Positions 59,700-64,000 of a stretch of DNA of 64,000 nucleotides are shown here, in pieces. Each line of letters opens with the position of its first letter. Position 1 is the first letter of the stretch. The stretch is from an uncultured Chloroflexia bacterium (GTDB taxonomy: Bacteria > Chloroflexota > Limnocylindria > Limnocylindrales > CSP1-4). The notes below the pieces were generated by a model. The model saw nothing but the letters and a program-made list of their open reading frames with translations, was not told the DNA's origin and searched no databases. Location: positions 98,721 to 162,720 of the forward strand of contig CAVVYR010000014.1 in NCBI GenBank assembly GCA_963752475.1. The letters run 5' to 3'. Made by a program: the position numbers and the translations under genes.

Positions 59700-60792
59700 C
59701 GCGCTCCGTATCACCAGTCGACCCGCGCAGGACGAGTTCCGTGGCGAATACGACCTCGCTGGGGGCGGCCGCAGGTTCCTCCACTCGCTGCAGCACCAGC
59801 CGCACCATCTCACGACCGAGGGCCTCGATCGGCTGGCGCACCGTCGACAGGGTCGGCTGGGTCTCGCGCCCGGTGGGCAGGTCGTCGAAGCCCATGACGG
59901 CGATGTCGTCGGGCACACGGCGTCCCGTGTCCTTGATGGCCTGCATGGCCGCGATGGCCATGCTGTCGGAGGCCGCGAACACGGCGTCGAGGTCCGGGTG
60001 GGTCGAGATCAGCGCGCGCATGGCTGCTGCCGCCGCCGCCGCCCGGTATTCGCCAGCCGCCTCGAGCGATCCGTCGAGGTCGTACCCGGCCGCCCGGATA
60101 GCGTCGCGATAGCCCTCGAGCCGGTCGGCCGCAGAGGGCAGGTCGAGGGTCCCGTAGATGGTGGCGATGCGCTGTCGTCCCGACGCGATGAGGTGTGCCA
60201 CCGCGGACCTCGCTCCGTCGCGGTTCTGAGTATCGACATAGCTGACGCCGCGCTCGTCGGGCGGGCAGCCACTGACGACCAGCGGCATCTGCCTCTTGAC
60301 CAGCCGCTTGAGTAGCGGATCGGCGCCGTGCGGGCCGATCAGCACGACGCCATCCATGTGCTCCGTCGTGAGGTAGCGCTCGATGCGCGCTTCCTCCTCC
60401 CGCGTGGGCGCGAGCATCAGCATCAGGCGCCGGTCGCGATCGGCCAGGGCCGCGCTGATACCCAGCATCAGCTGCCCGAAGAACGGATCACCGAAGAGCC
60501 GGTCGGCCGATTCCAGGATCACCACACCGATCGACCCAGTGCGCTGGGTCATCAGGCTGCGAGCCGACGGGTTCGGGACATATCCGAGCTCGTCGATGGC
60601 GATGGTCACGGCGGCCTTCACCTCCGGCCCCACCCGCGGGTGGTCGTTCACCACCCGCGAGACGGTCGCGGTCGAGACCCCAGCCCTGGCTGCCACATCC
60701 TTCACCGTCACGCCACGGACGCTCGAAGTCGGACGTCGCTTCCTGCGTGGCAATCTGCTCGCCTCCTTACGAACCGTCGTGGACGTCGGCAT
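59686..60792 (-). CDS. LacI-family transcriptional regulator
   Basis: 'TVKDVAARAGVSTATVSRVVN', 'YVPNPSARSL', 'VPDDIAVMGFDD'; true start may be a few codons downstream. Confidence 0.95.
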   Translation of the reverse strand: MPTSTTVRKEASRLPRRKRRPTSSVRGVTVKDVAARAGVSTATVSRVVNDHPRVGPEVKAAVTIAIDELGYVPNPSARSLMTQRTGSIGVVILESADRLFGDPFFGQLMLGISAALADRDRRLMLMLAPTREEEARIERYLTTEHMDGVVLIGPHGADPLLKRLVKRQMPLVVSGCPPDERGVSYVDTQNRDGARSAVAHLIASGRQRIATIYGTLDLPSAADRLEGYRDAIRAAGYDLDGSLEAAGEYRAAAAAAAMRALISTHPDLDAVFAASDSMAIAAMQAIKDTGRRVPDDIAVMGFDDLPTGRETQPTLSTVRQPIEALGREMVRLVLQRVEEPAAAPSEVVFATELVLRGSTGDTERDGPA

Positions 60793-60796
60793 CAGG

Positions 60797-61678
60797 CTAG
60801 CCCTTCACCGCACCTGCCGTGACGCCGCCGATGATGTAGCGCTGCGCGAAGATGAAGAACACGACCATGGGCAGGGCGATCATGAGCACGCCGGCCGCGA
60901 GCAATGGCCAGTTGTTGCCGTAGACCCCCTGGAAGGCGATCAAGCCTCTGGTCACCGGGTAGTACTCCTGGCTCGTCAGGTAGATCGTAGGCAGGATCAG
61001 CTCGTTCCACACGCCGATGGAGTGCAGCACCGCAACCGTGGCGATGGCCGGCTTGGCCAGCGGCATGATGATCTGGAAGACGTAGCGGATGTAGCTGGCG
61101 CCTTCGATGGCGGCGGCTTCGTCGAGCTCGATCGGGATCGTCCGGATGTAGTTCACGAGGATGACGATGCCGATCGGATTGACCACGAAGAGCATGACGT
61201 AGCCGAGGGGGTTGTTGAACAGGCCCAGGCGCAGGATGAGCTGGAACTGCGGGATGAGCGCGGGCGGCAGGAACAGCGCGATAAGGAAGAGCGTGAACAT
61301 CAGCCCGCCGCCGCGGACGAAGCGCCGTGCGATGGCAACCGACAGGAACGTGCCCGTGATCACGAAGACGGTCGTGGAGATGACCACGTACAGAACGCTG
61401 TTGATCAGGTATTGCGCGAAGTTGGCCTTGTCCCAAGCCTCGAAGAAGTTGTCCAGGCTGAACGATGACGGCAGCGTCATCGGCGACCGGTTGAACTCGG
61501 CCGGCGTGAGGAAGGACGTGTTCAGCAGCATCAGTAGCGGGCCGAGATAGACCACGCCCAGCAACAGCAGCACGATGTAAGCGCCGATGCGGGCCCAATC
61601 GATCGGGCTGCGCGCTTCGGTGGGGGCCACGGACACGCTCCCGGTGTCTCGAAGCGGTTCGTTGGTGGTGGCAGTCAT
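60797..61678 (-). CDS. carbohydrate ABC transporter permease (MalG-like)
   Basis: 'IPIELDEAAAIEGAS', 'WNE..LP', 'QRYII.G...GAVKG'; start reassigned to 61678. Confidence 0.93.
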   Translation of the reverse strand: MTATTNEPLRDTGSVSVAPTEARSPIDWARIGAYIVLLLLGVVYLGPLLMLLNTSFLTPAEFNRSPMTLPSSFSLDNFFEAWDKANFAQYLINSVLYVVISTTVFVITGTFLSVAIARRFVRGGGLMFTLFLIALFLPPALIPQFQLILRLGLFNNPLGYVMLFVVNPIGIVILVNYIRTIPIELDEAAAIEGASYIRYVFQIIMPLAKPAIATVAVLHSIGVWNELILPTIYLTSQEYYPVTRGLIAFQGVYGNNWPLLAAGVLMIALPMVVFFIFAQRYIIGGVTAGAVKG

Positions 61679-62607
61679 CCGGTCAACCGTGCCTCTCTCC
61701 GCCGGAGCAGGAATTGCGTCGTGATACCGATCACCAGCACGATCACGAACAGGATCATCGCGGCTGCGGCTCCGTAGCCCTGCCGGAAGCTGTTCACGGT
61801 CGTGCTGCCGGTCGTCTGACCGAAGGCCTCCGCGTAGACGAGGTAGCCCATGACCTGCGTCCCCGGCCGGTAGCCGATGAGAACGAGGAACAGCTGCCAG
61901 GCCTGTAGCGAACCGATGATGGTGAGCACGAGGTTGGTATTGACGGCGGGCGTCAGCAGTGGCCAGGTCACGCTCTTGAAGGCCTGCCAGCGGCTGGCGC
62001 CGTCGATCCGTGCCGACTCGTAGACCTCCTCCGGGATGGTCTGGAGACCGGCCAGGAAGATGACCATGGTGAAGCCGAGGTTGGACCAGATCTGGACAAC
62101 GATGACCCAGGCGAACGCCTCCATCGGCTGACCGCCGAGGAAGAGTGACTGGATGCCGAAGATGTCGAGGAAGGACTGCATCGGGCCACCCAGCGGGTAG
62201 AGGAACAGCGTCCACATCAGGCCCTGGATGGTCACGCCGAGGATGACCGGCAGGAAGAAGAGCGTCCGGAAGAAGCGGGTGCCCCGGAGGCCCATGTTCA
62301 GCAGCAGCGACACGAACAGTCCGAGCGTGAACTGGATCGTGGTCACCACGAACATGAAGATGAAGGTGCGGAAGATGGCGTCCAGGTTTTCCTGGGCGCG
62401 CGCACCGAGTGTCAGGAACTCACGGTAGTTGTCGAGGCCGACGAAGTTGACCGGTAGGCCGGGCAGACCGGTCGCGTCCGTGGCCGAGAAGAACGAGGTG
62501 GCGATCGACGGGCCCAGAGATAGCACCAGGTACAGGATCACTGCCGGCGCCAACATCAGGTACGGCCAGGATCTGGCCCGTCTTCCTGTCCCGAAGTGGT
62601 AGCTCAT
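61675..62607 (-). CDS. carbohydrate ABC transporter permease (MalF-like)
   Basis: 'FVGLDNY', 'RTLFFLP', 'AGLQTIPEEVYESARIDGAS', 'GYGAA'. Confidence 0.93.
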   Translation of the reverse strand: MSYHFGTGRRARSWPYLMLAPAVILYLVLSLGPSIATSFFSATDATGLPGLPVNFVGLDNYREFLTLGARAQENLDAIFRTFIFMFVVTTIQFTLGLFVSLLLNMGLRGTRFFRTLFFLPVILGVTIQGLMWTLFLYPLGGPMQSFLDIFGIQSLFLGGQPMEAFAWVIVVQIWSNLGFTMVIFLAGLQTIPEEVYESARIDGASRWQAFKSVTWPLLTPAVNTNLVLTIIGSLQAWQLFLVLIGYRPGTQVMGYLVYAEAFGQTTGSTTVNSFRQGYGAAAAMILFVIVLVIGITTQFLLRRREARLTG

Positions 62608-62633
62608 CTCTCCCTCAGGTAGTGGCCCTCGAG

Positions 62634-62683
62634 GTGGAGGACCGAGACCCCACGTGCGGTCGTGGGTACCCCCGGTCCTCCAC
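62634..62683 (-). terminator. intercistronic stem-loop after the SBP gene (mRNA stabiliser or partial terminator)
   Basis: GTGGAGGACCG ... CGGTCCTCCAC perfect 11-bp arms with inner CCACG/CGTGG. Confidence 0.6.
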
Positions 62684-62696
62684 TGGAGGAGACGTC

Positions 62697-63986
62697 CTAG
62701 CGGATGGCGTCCAGGCCGGAGTCGAGATCGCTCTGCGCCTGCTCAGCGGCAGCCTGCGGATCGTCGAAGGTCCCGAACGGCTGGAACATGTTCACGAGCG
62801 GGGGCGCACCGAACTGACCCATGCCCTTTGGCTGCGTCCAGACCACCTCGAAGCCCAGCTCGAAGTTGTCGAGATACGGAGCCAGCTCTTCACCGATCTT
62901 GGTGTTGAGCGTGGCGCTGGGCTGCGTCGGGATGGGCCCGACCGCGTCCACGAAGGCCTGGTAGCTCTCGGGCTCCGAGAAGGCCTCGAGATAACGCACG
63001 GCCTGGTCCTGCTTGCCTGAGGTCCCGGCGATAGCCCAGCCCTGGTCGTACTTGCCGAACATGGACTGGTTCATGGCTGGATCGTCGCTGCCGGGGAAGG
63101 GCATGTAGCCCCAGTCGAACGCCGGTTCCAGGCCCTCGATGGCCGGGCCGTACCACGTGCCACCGGGGAACATCGCGACCGCGCCGGAGGCGAAGCGGCC
63201 GGGCGCGCCGTCGCCGGGCAGCGCGCTGGCGCCGGGCTCCATCATGTCGCGGCTGTAGACCTGGTACTTGCTCATGAGGTCCAGCCACTCAGGGTCGGTG
63301 TACTTGACGTCGCCGGTCCACAGGCCCTCGACGAGCGCCGCCTGGTCCGGGAAGGCCGCGCCGAGCAGACCGTACGCGCCAACGAAGATGGGCCAGCCAT
63401 CACCGCCGCCTGCGGTCATGCAAGGGATGTCGGCCGACGTCAGCGTCTCGCACGCGGCCACGAGCTCGGACCACGTGGTCGGCGCCTCGATGCCGTTCTC
63501 GGCCAAGAGGTCCTTGTTGTAGTAGATGCCGCTGAAGCCCACGCGGCCCAGGTTGATCTGGTACACGCGGTCGTTGTAGGTGCCGGCGTCGGCGACGCTG
63601 ACCGGATCGTAGTTGGCCACGAAGGACTCGTCGGTCAAGTCCTTCAGCAGACCGGCGTCGATGAGGGACTGCCAGCCGGGCGGGTCGGTGCCCTCCATGT
63701 AGTCCTCGGCCGCGTTGCTGAAGGCGAAGATGCCGAAGACGTCGACGTCATTGGCCATGAGCCGCGTCTGCGTGCTCGTCATCAGCTCGTTCGCGTTGAC
63801 GACGGCCATGTCGACCTTGATGTCCGGGTTGTCGGCCTCGAACTGGGCGTTGAAATCCTCCATGAACGCGACGAACGGTGGGTTCTGGTGGATGAGCACC
63901 CGAAGGGTGTCCTGGGCAGCCACGCCGCCGGCGAAGGCGGTAATCGCCAAGGCCGCAGCTGTGGAAGCGGCGATGAGTCTGCGCAT
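62697..63986 (-). CDS. carbohydrate ABC transporter substrate-binding protein (family 1)
   Basis: Signal peptide, 'FEADNPDIKV', 'YYNKDL', 'PTTWSEL', 'FASG..AM..GG.W'. Confidence 0.92.
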   Translation of the reverse strand: MRRLIAASTAAALAITAFAGGVAAQDTLRVLIHQNPPFVAFMEDFNAQFEADNPDIKVDMAVVNANELMTSTQTRLMANDVDVFGIFAFSNAAEDYMEGTDPPGWQSLIDAGLLKDLTDESFVANYDPVSVADAGTYNDRVYQINLGRVGFSGIYYNKDLLAENGIEAPTTWSELVAACETLTSADIPCMTAGGGDGWPIFVGAYGLLGAAFPDQAALVEGLWTGDVKYTDPEWLDLMSKYQVYSRDMMEPGASALPGDGAPGRFASGAVAMFPGGTWYGPAIEGLEPAFDWGYMPFPGSDDPAMNQSMFGKYDQGWAIAGTSGKQDQAVRYLEAFSEPESYQAFVDAVGPIPTQPSATLNTKIGEELAPYLDNFELGFEVVWTQPKGMGQFGAPPLVNMFQPFGTFDDPQAAAEQAQSDLDSGLDAIR

Positions 63987-64000
63987 CGTAGGTGTCTGTG

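Overview
High-GC bacterial chromosomal window, dense in genes. I found no CRISPR array, rRNA, transposase or integrase. Gene content and signal-peptide style suggest Chloroflexota (inference, not verified). In order: ftsH; a tRNA with CAT anticodon; a DivIC/FtsB-like gene; an mrfAB/yprAB-type helicase-exonuclease pair; an OpuC-type osmoprotectant ABC transporter; an inositol catabolic island (iolB, atypical transaldolase-family gene, iolD, iolE-like, divergent LacI with operator, iolG, sugar ABC) lacking recognisable iolC/iolJ/iolA; a mostly minus-strand housekeeping run (PfkB kinase, ychF, 2-hydroxyacid dehydrogenase, zincin, murI, orphan CpaE-like protein, methyltransferase, ureohydrolase, single-chain UvrD/Fe-S nuclease); a structured ~550-bp intergenic region next to rarA; a non-canonical serine operon; a MoxR-DUF58-transglutaminase operon; a Pro/Glu tandem-repeat protein with Zn fingers at both ends; a small Zn-ribbon/HTH/YihY operon; valS; and a beta-1,3-glucan locus (ABC, LacI, GH16, probable GH149 phosphorylase, GH1). 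The best leads are the variant inositol pathway, the ABC-linked GH149 locus, the 6S-like or leader RNA beside rarA, and the repeat scaffold protein. All family calls come from motif recognition by eye, not database searches.
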